Shown piece by piece: positions 18,600-28,513 of a DNA stretch of 64,000 nt (within the stretch, counting starts at the first letter, position 1; each line of letters begins with the position of its first letter). The position numbers and the translations under genes are program-made. Below the pieces are notes generated by a model. That model saw only the letters and a program-made list of their open reading frames with translations, had not been told where the DNA came from and made no database searches. The stretch comes from Candidatus Woesearchaeota archaeon (GTDB lineage Archaea > Nanobdellota > Nanobdellia > Pacearchaeales > GW2011-AR1): the NCBI GenBank assembly GCA_964530945.1, contig CAZHCJ010000001.1:2140-66139 (forward strand). The letters run 5' to 3'.

Positions 18600-19907
18600 T
18601 TAAGGAGTATAACGAGTCATCGTTCTAGGGAAACCAATCGTATCTTTTATACTATCTAATTTACAAATCCATTGAAGAACACGTTCAATTCCAACACCAT
18701 ATCCTGAATGGGGCACACTCCCATACTTCCTCAAATCAAAATAAAACCCGTAATCTTTTGGTTTTTCTCCATCACGTTTTAAATTCTTGGACATTTCTTC
18801 TACATCAAGACTACGTTCGCTCCCTCCTACAATCTCCAGACCACAATCTGGAGCAAGCATATCAAAACAAAGAGCTTCGTCCGGATTCTTTGGGTCTTTT
18901 GGTTTGTAAAAAGCCATAACTTCTCTTGGATAATGGGTAACTACAACAGGCGTGTCAAATTGTTTCATCAGATTTTCTTCCTCAATGGTCCTTAAATCCT
19001 TTCCAAATTTCACACTCATTCCTGAATTCTCTTTAAGTATTTTCAAGGCCTCTCTATATTTTATTGTGGGCCACTTTTTCTTAGCAACTTTAATTATGTC
19101 TTTAGGATTAACTCCAAGAATTTTAAACTCATCTGGACAACGCTCTGCAACAGATTTTATACAGTATTTAATTTCCTTTTTTGCAAATTCTGTAATCTCT
19201 GGAAGCTTCCACCATGCAACTTCTGTTTCAGCCATCCAAAACTCTGACAAATGACGGCTTGTTTTACTCTTTTCGGCTCTGAACGTTGGGCCCATGTTGT
19301 ATACCTTTTCCAAAGAAAAAATTGCTGCTTCCCCATAAAGTTGCCACGTTTGAGCAAGATAAAGTTTCTTACCATAATAATCTACCTCAAAAACCGTGCT
19401 TCCCCCTTCTGATTGAGTGGGTTGAAGAACAGGAGTATCAAATCTGTAAAATCCTTCTTTCCTAAAGAACTCTTCCCTTGCCTGAATATATGCACTTCTT
19501 ATTTTAAAAATAGCATTCATTTTTCTGCTCCTAATCCAAAGATGCCTTCTATCTCCTAAGAGTTCTTCATTTAGATCTTCATTAATGGGAAAATCATCTG
19601 CAACGCCAACAACATTAATCTTTTTTGCTTGAATTTCATAACCGGTAGGGGCTCGCTCATCTTTCCTTATGGTCCCTTCAACTTCTACAGAAGATTCAAT
19701 AAGCAAACCACTCAACTCATTCCATTGTTTTTTTGAAAAATCTTCACGTTTGAAGACACACTGGATTATATTTGAAGAATCACGAAGAACAATGAACCTG
19801 AATTTATTGCTGCCTCTTTCTCTATAAACCCATCCACGCACAGCTACTTTTCCTTTGCCCTTACGCATAGCTTCTTCAATTGATATGAATTTTGTTTTCT
19901 TTGTCAT
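18600..19907 (-). CDS. asnS: Asparagine--tRNA ligase
   Basis: RHLWIRS, YLAQTWQLY, FRAEKSKTSRHLSEFWMAE, EIVGGSER, YGSVPHSGYGVGIER. Confidence 0.92.
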   Translation of the reverse strand: MTKKTKFISIEEAMRKGKGKVAVRGWVYRERGSNKFRFIVLRDSSNIIQCVFKREDFSKKQWNELSGLLIESSVEVEGTIRKDERAPTGYEIQAKKINVVGVADDFPINEDLNEELLGDRRHLWIRSRKMNAIFKIRSAYIQAREEFFRKEGFYRFDTPVLQPTQSEGGSTVFEVDYYGKKLYLAQTWQLYGEAAIFSLEKVYNMGPTFRAEKSKTSRHLSEFWMAETEVAWWKLPEITEFAKKEIKYCIKSVAERCPDEFKILGVNPKDIIKVAKKKWPTIKYREALKILKENSGMSVKFGKDLRTIEEENLMKQFDTPVVVTHYPREVMAFYKPKDPKNPDEALCFDMLAPDCGLEIVGGSERSLDVEEMSKNLKRDGEKPKDYGFYFDLRKYGSVPHSGYGVGIERVLQWICKLDSIKDTIGFPRTMTRYTP

Positions 19908-20290
19908 TTTTTCTTCTTAGAATTTATATTTTTTATTGGTTTGGGTTTTGGCATCTTAGAAACCTTTTCTAATTCCTTATTGAATTCAGATCTTAATTTC
20001 GGAGAGCAATTAATTGAAATAAACATTTTTTTATCTCCAAAAAAGAGGTCTATCCTTACATTTTTGCTTAGAACACCCTTATGTCCTAAATGAGTATCTT
20101 TTAATTTATTAAAATTCATTTCCTTTATCTTTCCTTTGGTGTCTTCTTCATAAAAATTTAGATATATTCCAAAAATATCTGAAAAAAATTTAGACAAGAT
20201 CTCAATTACTTCATTACTTTTGTCAAAGACATAGTAATTAAATCTCCCATCATTTCCTATTGCATACAATCTTATCTTTTTCTTTGTCAT
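19904..20290 (-). CDS. Hypothetical protein
   Basis: 128-aa ORF tightly packed between aspS and asnS. Confidence 0.6.
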   Translation of the reverse strand: MTKKKIRLYAIGNDGRFNYYVFDKSNEVIEILSKFFSDIFGIYLNFYEEDTKGKIKEMNFNKLKDTHLGHKGVLSKNVRIDLFFGDKKMFISINCSPKLRSEFNKELEKVSKMPKPKPIKNINSKKKK

Positions 20291-20297
20291 TTTTATT

Positions 20298-21587
20298 CTA
20301 AGGTGTTAAACGCTTCCTGTCTCTTGGAAAAAGCGTTGCTTCCCTTATGTTTTTTAATCCTAATATTGCCTGCGTTAATCTTTCCAAACCAATACTCCAA
20401 CCCGAATGTTCGGGAGCACCATATCTAAAAGCATCAATGTACCACTTAAAATCTTTTGGCTTCAAATCCTTGGATTTTAATTGATTTATTAATATCTCGG
20501 GAACATGAACACGTTGCCCACCAGAACTTATTTCTAATCCACCGTAAACAGCATCAAACCCTCCAGAAATTCCTATTTCCGGATTTTTTGGCCAAATGTA
20601 AAAGGGCTTCATTTCAATAGGCCATTCATATGTGAAAACTATTGCATCTGGAAAGATCTCATTTAACTTTCTTTCGGCTTCAGGTTCAAAATCGTCTCCT
20701 TCTTTCATTTTAAAACCTTTTTCATTTAAAATTTTTATCGCTTCTTTGTAAGTCAAATACTCTGCTCTTGGAATCTTTAATTTAACTCCTAAAACTTTTA
20801 ATTCATGTTTACACTCTTTCAAAACTATTTCGGCAATGTGTTTCACAACTTGCTCAAGATATTTCATAACTCTCATATCGTCTGCAAAAGCCACTTCTAT
20901 ATCCATTTGACGTATTTCGTTTATGTGTTTGCTCGTATCATGTTTTTCTGCACGCCAGACTGCACTAGTGGAGAACACTTTTTCTAAAGAAATCGCCCCA
21001 AGTTGTTTATACAATTGCGGGCTTTGTGCAAGATATGCCTTCTCTCCAAAGTAATCTACTTTAAACAAATCTGTTCCTCCCTCTGTACTCGTGGAAATTA
21101 TTGCGGGTGGCTGTATTTCGACAAAACCTTTCTTGTGAAAAAACTCCCTAAAAGAATTTATAATCGTACTCTGTATTTTAAAAATTGCTTTAACCTTCGA
21201 TTTACGTAAATCTAGATATCTATAATCTAAACGTTTATCCAAACCTGCTTTGACAGTTTTCTCATTTACATGTATGGGCAGCTTTTCAGATTTCCCCAGA
21301 ATTTTCATTTTTTCTATTTCTATTTCAACATCTTCTCTAACACTTTCTGCTTTGATTTTGGCATTTTTAACCTTACCTCTAATTTCGACTACACTTTCTA
21401 AAGTTAAATCAGAAGCGACATTCATGACTTCTCCACTCTTAGCTATGCACTGAACCATTCCGGTCCTATCACGAAGAACAACAAATTTCAACTTCGCCAA
21501 GCTTCTAACTTCATGCACCCATCCTTTCAGCAAAACTTTTTTATCTTTTTTGCTTGCTTTGAGTTCACTTATGTAGCTTCTATCCAT
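20298..21587 (-). CDS. aspS: Aspartate--tRNA ligase (archaeal type)
   Basis: RLDYRYLDLR, YLAQSPQLYKQ, EISSGGQRVH, FRYGAPEHSGWSIGLERL, FPRDRKRLTP. Confidence 0.93.
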   Translation of the reverse strand: MDRSYISELKASKKDKKVLLKGWVHEVRSLAKLKFVVLRDRTGMVQCIAKSGEVMNVASDLTLESVVEIRGKVKNAKIKAESVREDVEIEIEKMKILGKSEKLPIHVNEKTVKAGLDKRLDYRYLDLRKSKVKAIFKIQSTIINSFREFFHKKGFVEIQPPAIISTSTEGGTDLFKVDYFGEKAYLAQSPQLYKQLGAISLEKVFSTSAVWRAEKHDTSKHINEIRQMDIEVAFADDMRVMKYLEQVVKHIAEIVLKECKHELKVLGVKLKIPRAEYLTYKEAIKILNEKGFKMKEGDDFEPEAERKLNEIFPDAIVFTYEWPIEMKPFYIWPKNPEIGISGGFDAVYGGLEISSGGQRVHVPEILINQLKSKDLKPKDFKWYIDAFRYGAPEHSGWSIGLERLTQAILGLKNIREATLFPRDRKRLTP

Positions 21588-21652
21588 GAATTAAAAAAAG
21601 AAATATTGTTTATTAAATTATTGCTTATTCCAATTTTTTCTTATCTAAAAAA

Positions 21653-21910
21653 CTAATAATTAAATCTTCTTTCATATGCCTTATGATCCATCCATTCAAG
21701 TATTATTGAAAATACAACTAAATCATCTCCACGAACACTATACAAAAGCCTCTAAACTCCTGGAAGATTATATTTCCAAACATTTTTTACATTATACTTC
21801 TCAAAATATCTTTTTGGAATTAGCTTTTTTGGGATTTGTGTCCCACAAAATGCGTTCTTTTCTATATCTCTAAAGGCTCTTCTAATGAACCTATATAAAT
21901 TTGTTATTTG
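21653..21910 (-). pseudogene. Decayed RelE/ParE-like small toxin gene with an in-frame TAG and lost N-terminus
   Basis: Minus strand reads LYRFIRRAFRDIEKNAFCGTQIPKKLIPKRYFEKYNVKNVWKYNLPGV*RLLYSVRGDDLVVFSIILEWMDHKAYERRFNY*; TAG at 21752-21754. Confidence 0.7.
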
Positions 21911-21955
21911 CTAGAAAATTATTTTATCTAAAATATCCTACTTTCAAATTTTTGT

Positions 21956-22252
21956 CTACCCCAATTTCTTCCCAATCTTCTTCGCCTTTTTCTTGCCTTC
22001 CTCTTCAGCTTCGAGCATTCTTCTGAAAAAATTTTCTGCACTTACTTCGGTTTTCAAAATCAAATAAATTAAAACTATTGCTAAAATAGTGACTATAATT
22101 GCTGCGATAAATTCATAAAGCAATATGCTTGTAGGAAATAAGACCTCTATTGCATGAGATATGACATCTTTCCAAATTAAGGCTGCAGCCAAAGTGAAAG
22201 CGGTCACAACTGCAGTTTTGATTATCCCGCCTATGTTTGGTTCATCTATCAT
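21956..22252 (-). CDS. Two-TM membrane protein (DUF5654-like)
   Basis: VTAFTLAAALIWKDVI...YEFIAAIIVT. Confidence 0.7.
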   Translation of the reverse strand: MIDEPNIGGIIKTAVVTAFTLAAALIWKDVISHAIEVLFPTSILLYEFIAAIIVTILAIVLIYLILKTEVSAENFFRRMLEAEEEGKKKAKKIGKKLG

Positions 22253-22659
22253 TTTTTGTTCTTTTTCCCAGATTTAATTTTTTTACTTTTTGATTTAGAC
22301 TTCTTCTTTTTCACAGGTCCTGGCTTCTTTGGACCTGGCTTCCTATACGTTTTGGGAGTATACTCTTGAATTCTCTTATCTCCGAGATGTCTCTTGAACA
22401 CATATGAACTAATCAAAGACACATAATAAAATGCAAAAGCTATTCCAAAAAATGAAAAAAACACAGTCAATATTTTTCCTACATTAGTTGTTGGAGTGAT
22501 ATCTCCATAACCAATCGTTGTTGCACTAATAACTACAAAATAAACTGCATCTATCAAAGCCCATCCTTCAATTTGGGTGTAAGCAAAAGCCGAGCCAGCC
22601 AAAACCAAAATGAAAACTAATGCAGACAACACAAAGTGCCTACCATGATCGTTTACCAT
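22249..22659 (-). CDS. 2-TM potassium channel (KcsA-like) with Lys-rich tail
   Basis: DAVYFVVISATTIGYGDITP selectivity filter. Confidence 0.93.
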   Translation of the reverse strand: MVNDHGRHFVLSALVFILVLAGSAFAYTQIEGWALIDAVYFVVISATTIGYGDITPTTNVGKILTVFFSFFGIAFAFYYVSLISSYVFKRHLGDKRIQEYTPKTYRKPGPKKPGPVKKKKSKSKSKKIKSGKKNKK

Positions 22660-22739
22660 TAATCTTCCCTCTTTTTACAATAAAAACTAGTTAATATGTT
22701 TTTTAATAGTTTTGTTTTTAGATCAAACACTCTGAAAAA

Positions 22740-24182
22740 TTAGAAGATTAATCTCTTTATACTTTCCATAACTTCTTTTGCGTTAACCTTTCCCTTAAAT
22801 TCTTTCATAATCAAGCCCATATAGGCATTTTCAGAAAGTCCCGGTTTTGATTTGATAAGATTTAATATCTTTTCCTCCAAATCTTTGACCTCTTTAATTT
22901 CTGTTTGAATTGCTTCTTTAAAACTTTTTCCTTGAACAATCTCTTCCATGACATGTTTTATATTGCTTTCAACAATCTCCTCTCTCGCAACTCCTTCAAG
23001 TATTCTTGCAAGAATCTCTCCATTCAATTTCTTTCTAATCTTATTCATAGAAATTCCTTCTTTGCTTGCAATTTCTTTAATATATAAAACCAAAGTTTTT
23101 GCTGTTAAATCGGGGCGATTGGTAATCTGCAACAAATCCTTATACTCTTCAAGCATATCTTCCTTAAGAATTAATTTAATCATCTCTTTGCTTAGCCCCT
23201 CTGACTCTAACTCCTTCTTAATATCTCGCTTGAGTTTTGGCAAAGCTTTTTTTACACTATCAATTTGCTTTCTCGAAATTTTCAATAAAGGTAAATCTGT
23301 TTCAGGATACATTCTATCTGCCCCTGGCATAGGTCTAAGAAATTTTGAGTTTCCATCTCTCAAAACCCTTCTAACTTCAGCCTTAGATTTCTTTTTCTTG
23401 ACCAAGATTTTTTGACGTTTAATTTCTTTATCCATTGCCAAGCCGATATTATTTATATCTTGAAAACCTTTCAATTCAATTCTCTTCCCTCCTTTAATAG
23501 AAAGGTTCACATCTTGTCTTATTGTTCCAATTCCGCGTTTAACATTACAACTTCTCAAAATCTCTCCAATATGCAAAGCAACTTCTTGGGCCTGGGCAGG
23601 AGTTTTTATGTCTGGCTCTGTGGCAATCTCAATCAAAGGTATTCCTAAACGGTCAAGTTTGTAAATTCCTTTTTTCCTATCTGCTATTCTTGCGGAATCT
23701 TCTTCCAAACAAACACTTTGGATTCTAACCTTCCCAAAATTTGTTTCAACGTAACCATTTTCTGCTATAAGAACAGTACGCTGGAAACCACTCGTGTTAC
23801 TTCCATCAATAACTGTCTTACGCATTATTTGACTTACGGAAAGAATCTCGCAATTTAAAAAAACTGCAACTTGAAGCGCAATATTCAGTGCTTCTTCGTT
23901 AATCATATATGGAGGCTCTTCATCCAACTCCACCAAACACGTTGTATCATAACCTTGATAAATAAAAGTCTTATCAAGAGATGCTTCATGCCTAGCGGCA
24001 ACATCGACCTCGCCACTTTCACCTGCGACCGCATGGAGTTTACGCTTAATGCTAAAATCAGGCTCATCACTTCTCAACACCGAAGGACAACGACAAAAAA
24101 GTTTTCCTGTGTTCAACTGCTGGTGTATCTCCAAACCAGATTTTAAACCAAGTTTTTCGTAATTTAAATCCTTTCCTGTCAT
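22740..24182 (-). CDS. gatE: Glu-tRNA(Gln) amidotransferase subunit E, short form
   Basis: GLEIHQQL..KLFC, MRKTVIDGSNTSGFQRT, LDRLGIPLIEI, RGIGTIRQD, RPMPGADRMYPETD. Confidence 0.95.
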   Translation of the reverse strand: MTGKDLNYEKLGLKSGLEIHQQLNTGKLFCRCPSVLRSDEPDFSIKRKLHAVAGESGEVDVAARHEASLDKTFIYQGYDTTCLVELDEEPPYMINEEALNIALQVAVFLNCEILSVSQIMRKTVIDGSNTSGFQRTVLIAENGYVETNFGKVRIQSVCLEEDSARIADRKKGIYKLDRLGIPLIEIATEPDIKTPAQAQEVALHIGEILRSCNVKRGIGTIRQDVNLSIKGGKRIELKGFQDINNIGLAMDKEIKRQKILVKKKKSKAEVRRVLRDGNSKFLRPMPGADRMYPETDLPLLKISRKQIDSVKKALPKLKRDIKKELESEGLSKEMIKLILKEDMLEEYKDLLQITNRPDLTAKTLVLYIKEIASKEGISMNKIRKKLNGEILARILEGVAREEIVESNIKHVMEEIVQGKSFKEAIQTEIKEVKDLEEKILNLIKSKPGLSENAYMGLIMKEFKGKVNAKEVMESIKRLIF

Positions 24183-24217
24183 AAAAACAAAAAGCTTGGA
24201 TATTATATAAAATTAAC

Positions 24218-24466
24218 TTACTCGTACGACAACTTAATTTTAGAATTCTTATAATGATTCTTAAAATCTTCTCGCATGCTTTCAGGCAAATCCACAAGAT
24301 GAAACAAAGATTTTCTTTTCATGTCAATCATCTTATCCAGCCTACCCAACAAACCTATTGCATCTTTCAGTCTAATTTCCTCCCTGTCATGACGCTTATA
24401 TTCCTTCAAACCAGCCCAATAAACATAATATCCTAATGGAGAATACTCAAGCCAATGATGCTTCAT
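24218..24466 (-). CDS. Hypothetical protein
   Basis: About 82-aa ORF filling the gap between two minus-strand genes. Confidence 0.5.
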   Translation of the reverse strand: MKHHWLEYSPLGYYVYWAGLKEYKRHDREEIRLKDAIGLLGRLDKMIDMKRKSLFHLVDLPESMREDFKNHYKNSKIKLSYE

Positions 24467-24505
24467 AGACAAAGAAATGAAAAGAGTTACTTATAAGTTA
24501 TGGAT

Positions 24506-25618
24506 TTAATCAGATTTGTCTCCTTGATAAATTCCCCACTCTCCCACATAGAATTCATGTTTATCAAGTATTGGGACTCTTGATCTTTTTCGATCTCTTT
24601 TAAGCGTTGCAATTCTTATCTCTCCAGGAAGAACTCCTTCAATTTGATTTATAATGCCCCTGAGAGTATTCCCTGTAGTGACCCAATCTTCAACAACAAG
24701 GATATCTTCTCCTTCCAAACTCTGCCCTAAAAATTCTGCATCATTTTCTATCCAAGGAAACCGATGATGTCTTGTCTTTCTTGAATAAAACAAAGGATAT
24801 GTTACAGGCAAATGCCCTTTATCTTCGTATGCAATTGATAGCCTTGCTCCAAACTCATTTCCTCCTTGCGCAATGGGAAAAACTACTGTTGGTTTAAATA
24901 AAATTTCCCCATTACTATCTGTTCTCGTTACCTCCTCTTTCAATTTTCTAGTAAGTTTGCCTTCATGATGTATGCTTTTTTGGGTTGTCGGAACCAATTC
25001 AAAGGACCTCATGTACTTCGGAGAGATTTTTTCTAAAAGTTTGTTTACAATTTTACTTCTTGCCTTCAAATTTTCATTTCCTGCCAATTCTCCAGATAAT
25101 TGATATTGGTCCCATAATCTTATTACTCCTTTTACAACATCTACAGCACTCAATTTTTCAATTCTCGCTTCTTCGGGAGGAATGTATTGGTCTGCTACGG
25201 CACTTACAACTGCATGTAAATAAGCCAAACCCAGATTATGATTATCATTAAATAAAGAATTTGAGAAATCGTTGGACTTTCTAAAATTAGGGATAATTAA
25301 ATTTCCAATCAAAGAATTTGTTAGCATTAATGATTCGTATGCTTCATCCTCTGTTGTTATCTCTCTTTCTCCTTCTCCGATAACCTTTTTCTGCCTATTC
25401 CTTCTTAGTCCATAGTATCTCCTTAAAGTATCCAACATTTCACCTGCAAAATCGGATTCTGGACCCGACTCCTCCGAAAAATCATCTGCATTTAAAAGAA
25501 GATGATGTGCTTTCAAAAGTGTTCTTTCCAAACCTTTAACAGAATCGCTTCTAGAAACACTCTCTAAAGCTTCCACTAATTCATGGTATACTTCTTTTCT
25601 TTTTTGAGGATTACTCAT
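24506..25618 (-). CDS. Protein with C-terminal type I phosphoribosyltransferase domain
   Basis: PIAQGG and PRPP loop ILVVEDWVTTGNTL; long helical N-terminal region of unknown function. Confidence 0.75.
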   Translation of the reverse strand: MSNPQKRKEVYHELVEALESVSRSDSVKGLERTLLKAHHLLLNADDFSEESGPESDFAGEMLDTLRRYYGLRRNRQKKVIGEGEREITTEDEAYESLMLTNSLIGNLIIPNFRKSNDFSNSLFNDNHNLGLAYLHAVVSAVADQYIPPEEARIEKLSAVDVVKGVIRLWDQYQLSGELAGNENLKARSKIVNKLLEKISPKYMRSFELVPTTQKSIHHEGKLTRKLKEEVTRTDSNGEILFKPTVVFPIAQGGNEFGARLSIAYEDKGHLPVTYPLFYSRKTRHHRFPWIENDAEFLGQSLEGEDILVVEDWVTTGNTLRGIINQIEGVLPGEIRIATLKRDRKRSRVPILDKHEFYVGEWGIYQGDKSD

Positions 25619-25733
25619 GAAAAAAACAATGAATTTTCATTTAAAAACCTTACTAATGTAACCTCTAAAAAGTTACAACTATATTAAGGGCTTATTGGGT
25701 AAGTTTTATAATCGTTTTATCATATTAGAATGC

Positions 25734-26186
25734 ATGGCAAAAAAGAAAATGTCTAAAAAAATCACCGAGGATTTCGCAGAGCCCTTCAAAATAAAATTCA
25801 ACATTCAAGACATACTCCAAATAATTGTTGGAAGTTTCGTACTTGCCGTGCCTGTGGGCTTCACACAAGAAGTCTGGGAGATGGCAGAACGCTTGCCTTT
25901 ACTAAACATGATTTCAATACTTGTTTTAACCTTGTTTTTTATAAGCATATTCACTTATTACAGTTATCACAAAGAACACATAAATGCTCATCCAAAATAC
26001 CATATTTTTGAACTAAGTAAAAGAGTTCTAACAACCTATGGAATCTCATTTATTGTTGTAGCAATACTTATGACTGCAATTAACGTAACGCCTTGGAAAA
26101 CTAATCTTTTAATGGCGATAAACCTTGTTGTATTAGTAACCTTTCCGGCAGCAATCGGAGCAGTCATATCTGATAGGATAAAGTAA
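25734..26186 (+). CDS. DUF2391-like membrane protein
   Basis: DILQIIVGSFVLAVPVGFTQEVW, FPAAIGAVISD. Confidence 0.75.
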   Translation: MAKKKMSKKITEDFAEPFKIKFNIQDILQIIVGSFVLAVPVGFTQEVWEMAERLPLLNMISILVLTLFFISIFTYYSYHKEHINAHPKYHIFELSKRVLTTYGISFIVVAILMTAINVTPWKTNLLMAINLVVLVTFPAAIGAVISDRIK

Positions 26187-26253
26187 TTAGATATCTAAAA
26201 AACTAAAGCTTCCTTAAAATTCTTTGACTAGAATTCTTCCTTAAATTAATCTT

Positions 26254-27057
26254 TTATGCCTTTCCTCTCAAAACTGCTTCTGCTCTATCATATCGCTCTT
26301 GCAAATCTGAGAGTTCTCTTTCTTTTGATTCTCTAAGTTTTCCCAAATAATCATCAAATTCGGCGCGAGTGCCTTCGGCACTAACAACAACCACCCGACC
26401 ACCGCCATTAGAACCCTCAAGCCAGCCAACACCCGAATACCAACCGCCACCCCAGCCAAAGACGGCCCTGGAAAGACGAGTGCTCCCGGCATATAGGGTT
26501 CTTTCTCCGTCATTTTCAAAAATAGGCATTCCTCTTTCATTTTGTCTTGTGAATTTTCTTCTATTGTTCTCATCTCTTAATTCAGGAGCTTCAAACATCT
26601 CTGTTTCATCGTCAACTAAAAAATTTAATCCGTAAGCAGAATTTATATCTTGTCTTAATCTTAATCCATTTGCAACGATTGGCTCTCTCAGATCAAGTCC
26701 TCTCTCTTTTGCTTTTCCTTCCAAATATCTTGCCAATCTTTCATTAGCTTCATAAGAAGTGCCTTCACTTCTTAAAACAACAGAAGGCGCATCCACATAC
26801 ATTCTTTTTAAAAAATCTTCATCTCCTAATATGATTTGGTCTAATTCTGGAAGAGAAGCGGTTCTTATCCCAATTTGGTTAAGCAATAAAACCTTAAATA
26901 AGTTAGAACCTCTTATTGGAATGTTTAAAGTATCTTTTGCTCTTTGATTGTCATATCTGCTTGTAGCATCTTCATATATTGCTTGTTGGTCTTCAGACAA
27001 GAAATTTGCTTCTAAATGAGGAACATTTTTAGGCGTGAATCTTAATGTCTTTTCCAT
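26254..27057 (-). CDS. Putative DGR target protein with C-terminal variable-region-like segment
   Basis: C-terminal RLSRAVFGWGGGWYSGVGWLEGSNGGGRVVVVSAEG encoded by an A-poor, GC-rich tract, followed by a GAA-loop hairpin. Confidence 0.7.
   Translation of the reverse strand: MEKTLRFTPKNVPHLEANFLSEDQQAIYEDATSRYDNQRAKDTLNIPIRGSNLFKVLLLNQIGIRTASLPELDQIILGDEDFLKRMYVDAPSVVLRSEGTSYEANERLARYLEGKAKERGLDLREPIVANGLRLRQDINSAYGLNFLVDDETEMFEAPELRDENNRRKFTRQNERGMPIFENDGERTLYAGSTRLSRAVFGWGGGWYSGVGWLEGSNGGGRVVVVSAEGTRAEFDDYLGKLRESKERELSDLQERYDRAEAVLRGKA
26368..26382 (-). promoter_or_regulatory. DGR-type cis-acting DNA hairpin AGTGCC-GAA-GGCACT
   Basis: Perfect 6-bp stem with GAA triloop directly 3' of the VR-like tract. 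Confidence 0.65.
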
Positions 27058-27135
27058 ATTTTGAACATAAATCCTAGGTTTATAAATCTTCCCATTATGT
27101 TACTATTATAGGATTACATTAAATTACTCCAATAG

Positions 27136-28464
27136 TTAAACTTCAAGCCTTTCATTCAGCTCATTAGAAATATTTTCCAACATTTTTTCTTTAACTTTTT
27201 CCTTGCTCTTTGTCCATTGCTTGTGTCCTAAAACCCATCCAAGCTTAACCAAAGCCGTCTCGCTTAACATGTTTTCTAAAAATATTACTCCAGTATTCAA
27301 AATCTCACGGCCATTACTATAAACCCACGGATCTAACCTTCCATACACTGTTTGAGCGGTAGCGCAAACAATCATGCCTTTGTCTTGAATTTTTTTAAGT
27401 TTTTTTAGCCACCCTTTGCGAGCTTTAACAGGAACATGTCCAAGGCCAGACATTTCCAAAACCAAACCTTTGTATTTTTTCTTTTGATAAAAATCAAGTA
27501 TATCTGGATTTTGTCCAGGATAAACCTTGACCAAGGCAACTTTTTCTTCGAAAGCCATATCTGTTTTTACCTTGCTTTTACCTTTTTTTCTAACATTGTA
27601 TTCTCTCAATGGAATAATTTTATCAGGAAATATTTTTGCGAAAGCCTTGTCGTTTATTGGCTTGAAAGCATCCCTACGCGAAGTGTGCATTTTTCGTGTT
27701 TTCGTTGCAGGCAAAGCATAACAATAATCATCATTAATTGTTCCGTGCCCCACTAACATCACTTCGGCAATCTCACTTATGGCAGCCAAAGCGCTACACT
27801 GCAAATTCAAATTAGCATCACTTGAAGCACGATCTATACTTCTTTGGCTGTAAGTCAAAACCACTGGCTTGTTCAGGTTCTTGCTTCCCCCCAACAAAAA
27901 GAAACTTAAAGCAGAGGCAGTGTAGTGTAAAAAATCAGTCCCATGAGTAATAATTACCCCTTTAATATTATTATCATTGAGAAGTTTCTTTGCAACCCTC
28001 GCTAACTTTTGCCAGTCTCTATAATCCATATCTTCTGAAGCCTTCAAAAACGGACGCTCAACTTTTACAACATTTACAATCTCAAACACCTCAGGATAAT
28101 ATCTAAACAAATCTTCCGGCTCTGTTAAAGGGTCTACACCTCCTGTTTTTGCATCTAAACGAGAAGCTATTGTCCCTCCCGTAATAATCATTGCGACATT
28201 AGGTTTGCTTTTATGCCGTTTTATTTCCAAATCAGGTCTCTCGCTTTTTCCTTTTTCAATCAATTCTATAAAACGAATTTTTTTCTTGTTCAAACCAATA
28301 TTGTATCCCGAATTGAGTTTTATCAAAACTATGTTTTTTTCATTTTTTGGACTTTGCAAAAGTCTTCCTCTGTAGCTTTTTTTCAAAAGCTTAACTTCAA
28401 CCAAATCTCCTGGCAAAGGTTTAACCTTTTTCTCAATTTTTTTCTTTTTCTTCTTTTTAACCAT
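27136..28464 (-). CDS. gatD: Glu-tRNA(Gln) amidotransferase subunit D
   Basis: KLNSGYNIG, TGGTIASRLD, THGTD, SQRSIDRASSD, RKMHTSRRDAF, ETALVKLGW. Confidence 0.96.
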   Translation of the reverse strand: MVKKKKKKKIEKKVKPLPGDLVEVKLLKKSYRGRLLQSPKNEKNIVLIKLNSGYNIGLNKKKIRFIELIEKGKSERPDLEIKRHKSKPNVAMIITGGTIASRLDAKTGGVDPLTEPEDLFRYYPEVFEIVNVVKVERPFLKASEDMDYRDWQKLARVAKKLLNDNNIKGVIITHGTDFLHYTASALSFFLLGGSKNLNKPVVLTYSQRSIDRASSDANLNLQCSALAAISEIAEVMLVGHGTINDDYCYALPATKTRKMHTSRRDAFKPINDKAFAKIFPDKIIPLREYNVRKKGKSKVKTDMAFEEKVALVKVYPGQNPDILDFYQKKKYKGLVLEMSGLGHVPVKARKGWLKKLKKIQDKGMIVCATAQTVYGRLDPWVYSNGREILNTGVIFLENMLSETALVKLGWVLGHKQWTKSKEKVKEKMLENISNELNERLEV

Positions 28465-28513
28465 AAACAATAAAACTAAAGATTGTATAAAAAATTATCC
28501 TTTCCTTAAATGA

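Noticed and set aside
21752..21754. TAG recoding or readthrough
   Set aside because: TAG terminates several intact genes here (e.g. aspS, the DHH gene), and this ORF also lacks its start, so decay is the simpler explanation.
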